NCBI RefSeq assembly: GCF_000737315.1
Contig: NZ_JMCB01000005.1
Coordinates: 248,001 to 312,000 of the forward strand
Length of the DNA stretch: 64,000 bases
Direction: 5' to 3'
Source: Hyalangium minutum
Lineage (GTDB): Bacteria > Myxococcota > Myxococcia > Myxococcales > Myxococcaceae
The translations under genes were made by a program, and so were the position numbers. Below, piece by piece: positions 8,566 to 18,409 of the stretch; positions within the stretch are counted from its first letter, which is position 1; each line of letters starts with the position of its first letter. Below the pieces are notes generated by a model. The model was not told where the DNA came from. It saw only the letters and a list, made by a program, of their open reading frames with translations, and did not search any database.

Positions 8566-10498
8566 CTCCGTGCAGGCCTGGCTTCTATGCGCCACGCTGC
8601 TGGCTGGGAGCGCCGGATTCGCGCAGCCCCTGGCCGCGAGTGTGTCTGGGCCTGTGGAACTCGTGCTGAGGACCTCGCCGCCGCCACCACCACCGCCGGT
8701 GGTTCCCGCTCCGGCGGAGGAAACAGACGCGGCACCCGAGGAGGCGGCTCCCGCGGATGACTCGGAGGCCACGGAGGACGCCACCGCCAAGGAGGCCGCT
8801 GTCGCCGAGGACGTCGAGCATGAAGTGGTGCGCTCCGGCTACGCGGACACAACGGGCAACCTGCAGAACCTGGAGGACATGGACGGGCTGCGCGTCTCGG
8901 TTCGCTCGGGCGCGCTGCGCGCGAAGCGCGGGTACACGCCCGTGGAGGTGACGCTGTACAACACTGAGAACGTGCCCAGGCCGGTGCGCCTCCGCTTCCA
9001 GGGGTACAGCTCGGGCTCCTCCACCACGGAGCGTGTGGTGGAGCTGGGCGCGCGACAGCGGCTCACCACGCACCTGCTCGTTCCCGCGCCCGTCGCGTCC
9101 GGCATGTTCACCGTGGATGGGCCTGGCATCCGTTCCCGCAACACGGGCGTGTACCTGGATGAGGGCAACACGCCCACGGCCCTGGTGCTCGGCTCCTCCA
9201 AGGCCTTCGAGGCGGTGACCGGGATTCACCGCGTTGAGGACCCCAAGCCCGCCGAGGTGGATGTCCGCTTCGTGCCCGTGCAGGACGCGCCCCGGGAGCT
9301 GGCCGCCTACGTGGGCTTCCCCGTGGTGCTGGTGACCGAGGAAGTGGCCTCGGTGCCCTCGGATGTGTGGGCGGCGCTGGAGAGCTACGCCGCGGCGGGG
9401 GGCTCTCTGCTGATAGCCCTGCCTCCGCGCGACCTGCCGCAGCGCCTGCCGCTGCTCAACCTGGAACCCCAGCGCGACACGTGGAACGACTACGGCTTCG
9501 GCCAGGTGTACCTGTGCCAGTCCGGAGCGAGGGACTGCGGCAACGCGGCGCTATTGGTGGATCAGGACAGCAAGCCTCCGGTGGACCCGATAGGGCCGCC
9601 GCCGCGCTGGGAGAACAACCGCTTCGCGCTGAACGGCGGTGAGACGCCGCTGCTGCCCAATGCCCTGGTGCCGCTGGGCCGCTTCCTCTTCTTCATCTTC
9701 CTGTTCTCACTGGCGGTGGGGCCGGGCGGGCTCATCCTTGCGCGACGCAAGGGCCCCGTGGCGCTGCTGATCGGCGTGCCCGCCGTGTCGCTGGTCACCT
9801 GCCTGGTCATCGTCGGCAACTCGTTGCTGGTGGACGGCTTCGTCACCCACGCCTCGCGCTACAGCTACACCTGGCTGGACCGGCCGAGAGACCGGGCCGT
9901 GACGGCGGTGGTGGGGGGCTACTACGCCAACCTCGCGGCCAGAACGGTGCGGCTCCCGTCCCACAGCGTGTTGATGGCGCCCGCGGAGATGGACGACTGG
10001 CTCGTCGACGTGAACTGGACGGGCGGAGGCATGGAGGCGGAGGGCTTCCTCCCGGCGCGCACCTATGTGGAGTGGGGCGAGGTGGCGGTGGCTCCTTCGC
10101 GGGCTCGGCTCGCGGTGCGCCGCGAGGGGAACACCGTGAAGGTGCAGAACGCGCTGGGGGCTCCCATCCAGCGGGGCTACCTCCGGTACGGGCAGCAGAG
10201 CTACTGGGTGCCCGAGCTCGCCGATGGCGCCGAGGCCGTGGCCATCGAGGTCACCTCGGAGAGCGGGAGCGAGAAGGAACGGCGCGAGGCGCAGGAGCGA
10301 AACATCCTGGAGATCGTGGACGCACCCACCCCGGTGAAGCGCCGGGTGACGAAGGTCGGCGTGGAGTTCTACGCGCCGCTCGGGGAGAGGGGCTTCGTGG
10401 TGCGGCTCAAGGGCATGGGCTACGGGCCGCTGGCGGGCATGAAGGTGGAGCTGCACGAAGGGCTCCACTACGTGCGCGGGCAGGTGGATGCGCCATGA
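8558..10498 (+). CDS. Secreted/membrane protein with GATase1-like alpha/beta domain and two TM helices
   Basis: Signal peptide MRSSVQAWLLCATLLAGSAGFA; WAALESYAAAGGSLLI segment; TM pair FLFFIFLFSLAVGPGGL / LLIGVPAVSLVTCLVIV; overlaps moxR stop. Confidence 0.75.
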   Translation: MRSSVQAWLLCATLLAGSAGFAQPLAASVSGPVELVLRTSPPPPPPPVVPAPAEETDAAPEEAAPADDSEATEDATAKEAAVAEDVEHEVVRSGYADTTGNLQNLEDMDGLRVSVRSGALRAKRGYTPVEVTLYNTENVPRPVRLRFQGYSSGSSTTERVVELGARQRLTTHLLVPAPVASGMFTVDGPGIRSRNTGVYLDEGNTPTALVLGSSKAFEAVTGIHRVEDPKPAEVDVRFVPVQDAPRELAAYVGFPVVLVTEEVASVPSDVWAALESYAAAGGSLLIALPPRDLPQRLPLLNLEPQRDTWNDYGFGQVYLCQSGARDCGNAALLVDQDSKPPVDPIGPPPRWENNRFALNGGETPLLPNALVPLGRFLFFIFLFSLAVGPGGLILARRKGPVALLIGVPAVSLVTCLVIVGNSLLVDGFVTHASRYSYTWLDRPRDRAVTAVVGGYYANLAARTVRLPSHSVLMAPAEMDDWLVDVNWTGGGMEAEGFLPARTYVEWGEVAVAPSRARLAVRREGNTVKVQNALGAPIQRGYLRYGQQSYWVPELADGAEAVAIEVTSESGSEKERREAQERNILEIVDAPTPVKRRVTKVGVEFYAPLGERGFVVRLKGMGYGPLAGMKVELHEGLHYVRGQVDAP

Positions 10499-10526
10499 GG
10501 AGCGCGAGACAGCAGGAGGTGCGGCG

Positions 10527-11507
10527 ATGAGCCTGTTGCAGGTGAAGGGGCTGCGGCGCGACTTTGGCTCGCTGCGCGCGGTAGATGACGTGACGTTCGA
10601 GCTGGCGGCGGGCACCATCCTGGGCTTCATCGGGCCCAACGGCGCGGGCAAGAGCACCACCATGCGCATCATCGCCACGCTGGACACGCCCAGTGCGGGC
10701 GAGGTGCTGCTGGATGGGCAGTCCGTGGTGGACACGCCGGACAAGGCCCGGCCGCTGATCGGCTACATGCCGGACCGCTACGGCACTTATGACGACGTCA
10801 CCGTGTGGGAGTTCCTCGACTTCTTCGCCCGGGCATACGGCCTGAAGGGTGCGGCGCGGAAGAAGCGGGTGGATTCGGTGATGGAGTTCACGGGGCTGGT
10901 TCCACTGAAGGACAAGCTCACCAGCGCGCTGTCCAAGGGCATGCGGCAGCGCGTGGCGCTCGGGCGGACGCTGCTGCATGACCCCAAGCTGCTCATCCTG
11001 GACGAGCCGGCGGACGGCCTGGATCCGCGCGCCCGCATCGAGCTGCGCGAGCTGCTGCGGGCCCTGGCGGATCAGGGCAAGGCGGTCCTCATCTCCAGCC
11101 ACATCCTCACGGAGCTGGCGGAGATCTGCGATACGTGCGCCATCATCGAGCAGGGCAAGCTGCTGGCCACGGGCAAGGTGGCGGACCTGCTGGCGCAGAG
11201 CCAGACGGGGGCCGGCACGGAGCTGACGATCCGGCTGGCGGTGGGCGCGGAGGGCGAGGCGGCCTACGAGCGCGCCGAGCGGGTGGTGCTGGAGCAGCCT
11301 CGGGTGGGGCAGGTGTCGCGAGAGCCTGGGCAGCTGCGCGTGCGGCTGGAACTGGAGGCGGGCGCGACGCGGACCCAAATGGATGAGGCGGCTGCGCGGC
11401 TGCTGGCGGCGCTGGTGACGGCGGGGGTGCCGGTCTGCGCCTTCAGCCACCGGGAGCTGAACCTCGAGGATGCCTTCATGACGGTGACGAAGGGGAGGGT
11501 CGCGTGA
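10527..11507 (+). CDS. ABC transporter ATP-binding protein (ABC-2/DRA type)
   Basis: GPNGAGKSTT, LSKGMRQR, LLILDEPADGLDP, LISSHIL; RBS GGAGGT at 10515-10520 supports ATG 10527. Confidence 0.96.
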   Translation: MSLLQVKGLRRDFGSLRAVDDVTFELAAGTILGFIGPNGAGKSTTMRIIATLDTPSAGEVLLDGQSVVDTPDKARPLIGYMPDRYGTYDDVTVWEFLDFFARAYGLKGAARKKRVDSVMEFTGLVPLKDKLTSALSKGMRQRVALGRTLLHDPKLLILDEPADGLDPRARIELRELLRALADQGKAVLISSHILTELAEICDTCAIIEQGKLLATGKVADLLAQSQTGAGTELTIRLAVGAEGEAAYERAERVVLEQPRVGQVSREPGQLRVRLELEAGATRTQMDEAAARLLAALVTAGVPVCAFSHRELNLEDAFMTVTKGRVA

Positions 11508-12985
11508 GCGCGCCCGTGGAGACCGTGGGGGCCAAGGGCTCGCTCAGCGAGCGGCTGGGAGACCGCATCAACCCCCTGGTGGTGAAGGAGATCCGCCAGG
11601 GCCTGCGCACCCGCATGTTCTGGGTGTGCTTCGGGCTGATGTTGCTGGCGTGCGTGCTGCTGTCGCTGATGGCGTACGCGGACGTGAAGGACGGTGGGTA
11701 CCGGGCGCGCGGGAACACGTACTTCTTCACCTACTTCGTGTGCCTGGGGCTGGTGCACTTCTTCGTCATTCCGTACAGCGCGTACCGCTCGCTGGCGCGC
11801 GAGCGCGAGGACGAGACGTGGGTGTTGCTGGCGCTCACGGGGCTGGGGCCCCGGCGCATCCTGCGGGGCAAGGTGACATCCTTCCTGGCGCAGGCGGCGC
11901 TGTACGCCTCGGCAGTGGGGCCCTTCCTGCTGTTCAGCTACTACCTCAACGGCATCGACCTGCCGACCATCCTCCTGGTGCTGGTGCTAGGGGCAGCGTG
12001 GCTGGTGTTCCTCACGGTGCTCGGGGTGTGCGCGGCGACGCTGGCGGACGCGCGGCTGGGGCGGGCGTTCGTGCACTTCCTGGTGCTGGGCCTGCTGGCC
12101 AGCGGCGTGGCGCAGGGGCTGGGCGGGGCGTTCGCGCTCAGCGAGGGCGGCTCGCGGCTGATGCGCGAGCGCGAGTTCTTCTCCGTCATCGGCGTCGCGC
12201 TGTGGCTGATGCTCAGCTATGGGTGGCTGCTGTTCGAGGCGGCGGCGGCGCGGCTGTCGCTGGTGACGGAGGACTACTCCCGAGGGCCTCGGCGGGCGCT
12301 CATCATTCAGGTGCTGGTGAGCGCGGCGATCGTGGTGGGACTGTGGGCGAATCAGTCACATGAGCGCGAGGTCGCGGTGATAGCTGGCGTGGCCGGGTGC
12401 ATGCACCTGACGCTGTGCGGGCTCTTCGTGGTCTCGGACGTGGATGGACAGGCGCGGGCGCTGCGGTCGTCGACGCGGCCCTGGAGTCTGCTGCGGCCTG
12501 GGGCGGTGCGCGGCTTCCGGCTCATGGTGTTGCTGATCGCGGGCTGGTCCATCTTCTGCGCGCTCTTGGGGCTGAGCTCGGATGACGTGCAGAGCAACTG
12601 GCGCTCGTTGATCTACGTCACCCTGGCGGCGGCTGCATACCCCGTCCTCTACTTCGCGGTGGCCATCCTGGTGGCGAAGATGCCGCGCTCGGATCGGTTG
12701 AGCTCTCCGGCGGCGGTGCGGGTGCTGTTCATATCGCTGGCGGGCCTGGGCGCGGTGCTGCCGCCGCTGTTGGCGCTGCTGGTGGACGAGCCTGCGGACA
12801 ACGGCCTCATCAACCTGCTCAACCCCATCGTGGGCCTGGTGAACTTCGGGCAGCACGACTACGGGACAGATCTGCCGAAGATGACGGTGGAGTTGCTGTG
12901 CTTCGTCTGCGGGGTGGCCGCGCTCGCCGCCTTCGCTGCGGATCGCACCCTGATCGAGCGAGAGCAGCGGGTCCACACCTCGTGA
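11504..12985 (+). CDS. ABC-2 type permease subunit
   Basis: INPLVVKEIRQGLR, LAREREDETWVLLALTGLGPRRILRGKV, more than 10 hydrophobic segments; GTGA overlap with the ATPase. Confidence 0.88.
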   Translation: MSAPVETVGAKGSLSERLGDRINPLVVKEIRQGLRTRMFWVCFGLMLLACVLLSLMAYADVKDGGYRARGNTYFFTYFVCLGLVHFFVIPYSAYRSLAREREDETWVLLALTGLGPRRILRGKVTSFLAQAALYASAVGPFLLFSYYLNGIDLPTILLVLVLGAAWLVFLTVLGVCAATLADARLGRAFVHFLVLGLLASGVAQGLGGAFALSEGGSRLMREREFFSVIGVALWLMLSYGWLLFEAAAARLSLVTEDYSRGPRRALIIQVLVSAAIVVGLWANQSHEREVAVIAGVAGCMHLTLCGLFVVSDVDGQARALRSSTRPWSLLRPGAVRGFRLMVLLIAGWSIFCALLGLSSDDVQSNWRSLIYVTLAAAAYPVLYFAVAILVAKMPRSDRLSSPAAVRVLFISLAGLGAVLPPLLALLVDEPADNGLINLLNPIVGLVNFGQHDYGTDLPKMTVELLCFVCGVAALAAFAADRTLIEREQRVHTS

Positions 12986-13839
12986 GCGCGGCGGACGAGA
13001 GCGAGGTGGCTCGGCTGGCGCCGGGGTTGGCGCTGGCGCTGCCTCGGGTGCCTCACCGGGGGCGGGTAGGCGAGGTGCGCGCCTCGTCCGCGGGCTCCTC
13101 GTTGGAACTGCACGACTTCCGGGTGTACCAGCCTGGGGATGACCTGCGGCAGGTGGACTGGAACGCGGTGGCGCGGACGGGGGAGATCATCCTCCGGGTG
13201 CGGCAGGACGAGGTGTCTCCGCGAGTAGAGGTGCTGGTGGATGCGTCGCGCTCCATGGCGTTGAGCCCGGCGAAGGAGGCGCGAGCGCGGGAGGTGGCGC
13301 TGCTGGCGGTGGAGGTGGCGGCGCTGCAGGGACTGACGCCCACGCTGCTCACCACGAGCGCCCGGCCGGAGCGGACACAGGGGCAGGTGTGCCGCTCGGC
13401 GCTGCGGGCGTCGGCGTTCGATGCGAAGGATGATCTGGGAGCCGCACTCGGGAGGATGCCGCCGCTGCGGCCGTGTGGCCTGCGGGTGGTGGTGAGCGAC
13501 TTCCTCTTCGAGGCGGACTTGTCTGGGCTGATGGCTCGGCTGGCGCGAGGGGCCTCGGCGCTGTTCGTGGTGCAGGTGCTGGACGCGGAGGACCTGGATC
13601 CCACGGGAGGCGAGGGGGCGCGGCTGGTGGACGCGGAGAGCGGCGCGGCGTTGGAGGAACTGCTGACCGAGGACGTGCTGGCCGCCTACGCACGCCGCTT
13701 CGCCGAGCACCAGCGCGCGCTGCGGGCTGCAGCGGCTCGGGCGAGGGCGACCCTGGTGACAGCGCCCGCACCGGAGCGGCTGAGCACGCTGGTGCGAGGC
13801 CCGCTGCGGCCGCTCTTCGTATCGGGAGGAGCGGCGTGA
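12982..13839 (+). CDS. DUF58 family protein (vWA-like)
   Basis: GSSLELHDFRVYQPGDDLRQVDWNAVAR and EVLVDASRSM (DxSxS); GTGA overlap. Confidence 0.92.
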   Translation: MSAADESEVARLAPGLALALPRVPHRGRVGEVRASSAGSSLELHDFRVYQPGDDLRQVDWNAVARTGEIILRVRQDEVSPRVEVLVDASRSMALSPAKEARAREVALLAVEVAALQGLTPTLLTTSARPERTQGQVCRSALRASAFDAKDDLGAALGRMPPLRPCGLRVVVSDFLFEADLSGLMARLARGASALFVVQVLDAEDLDPTGGEGARLVDAESGAALEELLTEDVLAAYARRFAEHQRALRAAAARARATLVTAPAPERLSTLVRGPLRPLFVSGGAA

Positions 13840-15554
13840 GCTTTGGCTTCCCATGGGGGCTGCTGGCGCTGGGGGCGTTGGTGCCACTGGCGGCGGCGTA
13901 CTTCCTGCGGCGGCGGCAGAAGCCGGTGACGGTGAGCGCGCTGTTCCTGTGGCGCACGCCTCGGCCACGCGCGGAGGCGGGTCCGCGCTTCGAGCGCTTC
14001 ACGCGGGAGTCCTCGCTGCTGCTGGAGGCGCTGGCGGTGGTGGCGGCGGCGCTGTTCCTGGCGGACGTGCGCTTCAGCGAGGACACGCGGGCGCGGCACG
14101 TGGTGCTGGTGGTGGATGGGAGCCTCTCGTTGTCGGCGCGAGGGGCGGATGGGGTGACGGTGCTGGAGCGGGTACGCCGGGAGGCGGCCAGGCGGGTGGA
14201 GGAGGAGCGCGCCACGCGGGTGACGGTGCTGGCGAGCGGCTCGGTGCCTCGGGCGATCGCGGGCCCGGAGGCGGAGCCCTCGCGGGCGCTGGGAGCGTTG
14301 GAGTCCTTTCAGGCGCTGGGGGCGGACCACGACGTGACGGCCACGCTGCTGTGGGCGCAGGAACTGGCGGGGCCGGGACGTCGGGTGCACTTCTTCACGG
14401 ACGTGCTGCCAGCCGAGGGTGCGGTGGTGCCTCCGGCGGTGCGGTGGACGGCGCTGGGGACGGTTCGGGACAACGTGGCGCTCGTGTCGGCGCAGCGGCG
14501 GGACGAGGGCACGAAGGCGACGGTGACGCTGCGGGTGGCACGGTTTGGCGGGCCGGACTCGGTGGAGGTGCGGGTACGCGCGCAGCCGGGGCCGGGAGCG
14601 AAGGAGGGGACCGAGCAGCGCGAGGTGGTGCGGCTGCCCACGGAAGGTGCGGCGACTGTGCGCTTCACCTTTGAGAACGCGGGCGATGTGGAGGTGATGT
14701 TGCCGGACGACGCGCTGCCGGAGGATGGGCAGGCTCGGCTGGTGCCCTCGGCGGTGCGTCGGGTGCGTGTGGCGCTGGCGGAGGGACTGGAGCCGCGGAC
14801 GAAGCAGGCGCTGGAGCGCTTCCTATCGGTGGCACCCGATGTGGAGACGGCGGCCGGGGAGGGCGCGCTGATCGTGGGGCCGAGGGGCACGACCGCGAGA
14901 GTGACGGTGGGGGCGGGGGGCACGCTGCGGACATTCCTGGGGCCGTTCTTCTCGGAGAAGGGGCACCCGCTGCTGGACGACGTGCAGCTCGCGGGTGTGC
15001 GGTGGACGGCGGGAGACAATCCACCGGGCCGGGCGCTCATCACGGCGGGGGACGCGGTGCTGCTGGCCGAGGAGGACGGGCGGGTGCACGTCAACCTGGA
15101 ACTGTCGCGTTCGAATCTGCAGCGCACGCCCGCGTGGCCCGTGCTGCTGGGCAACCTGCTGCGCGAGGCCCAGCGCACGCGGGAGGGATTCCCGCGCAGG
15201 CATCTGACGCTGGGAGAGCCCCTGCCGGTGGTGACGCAGCCAGGGGCGCGCTACACGCTGGAGGGCCCGCTGGGAGAGAAGCCAGTCTTCGGAGCGGGCT
15301 CGTTGACCCTGCCTGCGCCGCCCGTGCCGGGCCGCTACACGCTGGAGCGGGATGGAGAGCCGGTGGACGCGACGGAGGTGCTGGCGCTGGACGCACGCGA
15401 GTCGGATCTGCGCGCGAGGAGCAGCGGCGAGCGGGAGGCCACTGCGGCGGAGAAAGAGGAGAGCAGCACGGGCTCATCGAGCCGGGCGCGCTGGCCCCTG
15501 CTGGTGTTGCTGGGAGCGCTGTTGGCGGACTTCTACGTCACACGGCGGAAGTAG
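13836..15554 (+). CDS. BatA-type N-terminal double-TM plus vWA domain protein
   Basis: MSFGFPWGLLALGALVPLAAAYFLRRRQKPVTVSALFLW (BatA N-terminus), VVLVVDGSLSLS MIDAS, C-terminal TM; GTGA overlap. Confidence 0.9.
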   Translation: MSFGFPWGLLALGALVPLAAAYFLRRRQKPVTVSALFLWRTPRPRAEAGPRFERFTRESSLLLEALAVVAAALFLADVRFSEDTRARHVVLVVDGSLSLSARGADGVTVLERVRREAARRVEEERATRVTVLASGSVPRAIAGPEAEPSRALGALESFQALGADHDVTATLLWAQELAGPGRRVHFFTDVLPAEGAVVPPAVRWTALGTVRDNVALVSAQRRDEGTKATVTLRVARFGGPDSVEVRVRAQPGPGAKEGTEQREVVRLPTEGAATVRFTFENAGDVEVMLPDDALPEDGQARLVPSAVRRVRVALAEGLEPRTKQALERFLSVAPDVETAAGEGALIVGPRGTTARVTVGAGGTLRTFLGPFFSEKGHPLLDDVQLAGVRWTAGDNPPGRALITAGDAVLLAEEDGRVHVNLELSRSNLQRTPAWPVLLGNLLREAQRTREGFPRRHLTLGEPLPVVTQPGARYTLEGPLGEKPVFGAGSLTLPAPPVPGRYTLERDGEPVDATEVLALDARESDLRARSSGEREATAAEKEESSTGSSSRARWPLLVLLGALLADFYVTRRK

Positions 15555-15598
15555 CGAGGAGTGCGCGGATAAGCCTGCGCCTCGAGAACCGCCTACCC

Positions 15599-15629
15599 GG
15601 GCTCCAGCACGAACAGATGGCCCTCACTG
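15599..15629 (+). repeat. Left copy of a 31-bp direct repeat (28/31 identical to 17504-17534); on the minus strand it encodes a DUF4261-like C-terminal remnant
   Basis: GGGCTCCAGCACGAACAGATGGCCCTCACTG; the minus strand reads S-E-G-H-L-F-V-L-E-P-G-stop (TAG 15593-15595). Confidence 0.85.
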
Positions 15630-15880
15630 GTCACTCACGAGAGAAGCTCCGGCGGGTTGCAATGCGTCTTGTGGGGGAACTGCCGCTGTTGCCGGGCGCT
15701 GGTCTCAAGAACCTGTCTGACAAGTAGACCACCTCGCTTCAGGCTCTTGGGAAAGGGAGTCAACTGGAGCCCTGCAGCGGTCTGGTAGCACTCTGGACCT
15801 GGGGGATCGTGTGTGCGGCAGCCGACCCATGAGGTAGGTTCTATCCCTGCAGAGGAAGCTCAGCCTGCAGGGAGCGAAAG

Positions 15881-17473
15881 ATGGACGTGCCGCTGCTCGA
15901 TGCGGATGCGGACGTGAGGAGCCTTCCGCATGGGACGAGGGTTGGACCCTGGCGGCTGAAGGGGGGACGGGGTATCGGGGCTTACGGCGCCGTGTACCGC
16001 GCTGAGCGGGTGGGCCACGAGGAAGCGGGAGATGCTGCCCTCAAGATGGCCCTCCACCCCAGGGATCCTCGCTTCAAGAGGGAAGCAGAGATGCTGAGGC
16101 GGACGCGTCATCCGAATGTACCGCGCCTGCTCGACAGCGGAGAGTGGCGGCATCCGAACGGCTTCCACCATCCGTTCATCGTGATGGAGCGCATCGATGG
16201 TGAGCCACTCTACGCGTGGGCCGAGCGCCGCAACCCGGACACGAGGCAGGTGCTGCGGTTGTTGGCTCAGGCCGCTCGGGCCCTGCAAGCTACGCATGAG
16301 GCGGGGGGAGTGCACCGGGACGTCAAGGGCGACAATGTCCTGGTTCGGCCCGTGGATGAATGGCTCTTCCTGATGGACTTCGGAGCGGGGGATTACGTGG
16401 GAGCAGAGCGGTTGACCGCCTCCCGCCTGCCGCCAGGAACTCCGCCCTACCGCAGCCCTGAGGCGTGGGCCGCCAGCAGAAACCCCTGGAGGAAGCCGCA
16501 CGAGCGATATGTTGCCGGGCCCGCCGATGATGTGTTCGCCTTGGGTGTCATGGCCTACCGGTTGGTGACAGACGAGTATCCGCCCTTCACGGATGCGAGC
16601 AGCGAAGAGGGCCAGTGCTGGCAACCTGGGGGCAGTGGGCCTCGGCCGCCAAGCGAGGTGAATTCCCGAGTGGGCCCCGAACTGGATGCCGTCATCCAAC
16701 GCATGCTGTCGCTGAACCCGAAGAAGCGGGGAACCGCCCAGGAGTTGGCGGAGGTAATGGAGCAGAGCGCCGCGCAGGTCCGTTCCGTGTCGGGCGAAGG
16801 CTTGTTCCAGTGGGAGACGCCGCAGTCCTCTGCATGGTCCCACGGGGAGGCGACCGACGTCGAGCGGCTCGGGCATCGCTTGCGGCGAAGAAACAGGAAG
16901 GCGGTGCTCGCGGCGGTGGACGCGGACGCCACCAAGAGAGCAACGGTCCATCGTCAGCAGGCAGTGGCAGGCGCCAAGACCGCGCTGCGTGGTGAGCGCG
17001 AGGTGTTGAGGGCACAGGGCCTGTCTGGGTTCGCCTTGATGGCGGCGACGGCCCTGGCGGTCCTGTTGTTATGGCTGCAGCAGCGGGAGTCCCTGAGTTC
17101 CCAGGAGGGAGTACCTGTTGCTCGCGGCACGCGCTCGGGGGAGCAGCGCGATGGAGGAGTCACCCACGTAGGGGACACCGCAGTGTCCGCTGTCTCCTCT
17201 GGTGAGCAGTCTCCGATGGGCAAGGGTGTTGCGGTCGAAGCGCCGCCCAAGCCTTTCCCAGGCCAGCTCAGGCCTGATCTCAACGGCCGCTGCCGGAAGG
17301 GGCAGTATTCGATCAACGGAGGGTGTTGGCTGAGAGTGGAGGTGAGTGACTTGGAGGACTGCAAAGGCGTCAAAAACGGCGTTGAGTTCGAGCAGTCCTG
17401 CTACACGCCGATTTTCCCTTCCAAACGAGAGCCGACCTCTGCTCCCGTGAGTCCCGTAGAACCGGAGCGTTGA
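15881..17473 (+). CDS. Ser/Thr protein kinase with C-terminal TM and Cys-containing extracytoplasmic tail
   Basis: GIGAYGAVY, ALKMA, VHRDVKGDN, LMDFGAG, GTPPYRSPE; TM FALMAATALAVLLLWL; PPKPFPGQLRPD..GRC...INGGCW tail typical of an expanded myxobacterial kinase family. Confidence 0.93.
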   Translation: MDVPLLDADADVRSLPHGTRVGPWRLKGGRGIGAYGAVYRAERVGHEEAGDAALKMALHPRDPRFKREAEMLRRTRHPNVPRLLDSGEWRHPNGFHHPFIVMERIDGEPLYAWAERRNPDTRQVLRLLAQAARALQATHEAGGVHRDVKGDNVLVRPVDEWLFLMDFGAGDYVGAERLTASRLPPGTPPYRSPEAWAASRNPWRKPHERYVAGPADDVFALGVMAYRLVTDEYPPFTDASSEEGQCWQPGGSGPRPPSEVNSRVGPELDAVIQRMLSLNPKKRGTAQELAEVMEQSAAQVRSVSGEGLFQWETPQSSAWSHGEATDVERLGHRLRRRNRKAVLAAVDADATKRATVHRQQAVAGAKTALRGEREVLRAQGLSGFALMAATALAVLLLWLQQRESLSSQEGVPVARGTRSGEQRDGGVTHVGDTAVSAVSSGEQSPMGKGVAVEAPPKPFPGQLRPDLNGRCRKGQYSINGGCWLRVEVSDLEDCKGVKNGVEFEQSCYTPIFPSKREPTSAPVSPVEPER

Positions 17474-17494
17474 AGCTCAGTCTCATCAGGCCGT

Positions 17495-18352
17495 TCACTT
17501 CTGGGGCTCCAGCACGAACAACTGGCCCTCAGTGTCGAGGAACTTCGTCTCCCTGCCGCGCGGCAGTCGGAGCTTCACGTGGCGGCCGTTCCACTCCGCC
17601 GTGTGCCCGTCCGAGAAGCTCCGCCCGGACGTCCGCAGATAATCCAGCAGGCCGGAGAACATCCCGAACGTCTCTTCTCCCTCGGCGTGGCTCCGCGCGT
17701 GCCAGGCCAGCTCCGGCAGCCCCAGCATCGGCGCTCCATATGTCCGCATCCACACCCCCGCCTCCCCCTCCACTTCCAGCTTTACGAAGCCTACGTAGAG
17801 CGCCGTGAGCGGCATCGTCCGCAGCAGTTCCAGCAGGTCCTCTCCCTCCTCTGGAATCAACGCCTGCGCCGGGAACGAGGTGTGCGCGCTCTCGTTCAGC
17901 ACCACCAGCGCCCCCTCCTTCGCCAGCGCCACCGCCACCAGCCCCAGTGCCACGAACTGTTCCAGCCGGTCCGGCTCCTCCCCCGCGTAGAACAGCAGCG
18001 CGTGCGCCGCATGCGCCCGGGCCTGTTCCTTCAAGTCGGCCCCGAAGTGCGCTGGCCCCACGCACAGCTCCACCACCGCCCCCGGCATCGGCTTGCTGAA
18101 CACCACCACCTGCACCCCGTGCTTGCCCCACCGCGCCACGCCGACCTCGGCGCCCATCGTGGTGCTCGCCTGCCGGTCGAACTCGAAGCGCGCGCCGGAG
18201 AGCGAGGGGTGAAACCCCTGGAGCGTCCGCGACAGCACATTCACGTCCAGCCGCAGCGGGCGGGGAAGCAGGAGCTGGAGGCTCAACGGCGTCTCACGAC
18301 GCGGAGCCGCTTCCGTCTTCTGCCTTCCCAAGATTCGATCGAAGAAGCCCAT
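17495..18352 (-). CDS. DUF4261-like protein
   Basis: MGFFDRILG start (ATG 18352); QARAHAAHALLFY, GALVVLNESAHTSFP, WMRTYGAPMLGLPELA, FSDGHT motifs. Confidence 0.7.
   Translation of the reverse strand: MGFFDRILGRQKTEAAPRRETPLSLQLLLPRPLRLDVNVLSRTLQGFHPSLSGARFEFDRQASTTMGAEVGVARWGKHGVQVVVFSKPMPGAVVELCVGPAHFGADLKEQARAHAAHALLFYAGEEPDRLEQFVALGLVAVALAKEGALVVLNESAHTSFPAQALIPEEGEDLLELLRTMPLTALYVGFVKLEVEGEAGVWMRTYGAPMLGLPELAWHARSHAEGEETFGMFSGLLDYLRTSGRSFSDGHTAEWNGRHVKLRLPRGRETKFLDTEGQLFVLEPQK
17504..17534 (+). repeat. Right copy of the 31-bp direct repeat, within the 3' end of the DUF4261-like gene
   Basis: GGGCTCCAGCACGAACAACTGGCCCTCAGTG; the minus strand encodes TEGQLFVLEP. Confidence 0.85.
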
Positions 18353-18409
18353 GCCCCGGCGGCTTACCACACCCTCCCGAGGCATAGGCTCCGGTCTCAG
18401 TGGCTCCGA

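Noticed and set aside
6268-8790. 840-aa minus-strand ORF and other long shadow ORFs (21317-24475, 35967-38621, 45371-47788, 49141-51279, 2636-4903)
   Set aside because: They lie antisense to clearly recognisable genes and have no motifs. Long stop-free antisense frames are expected from high-GC codon bias.
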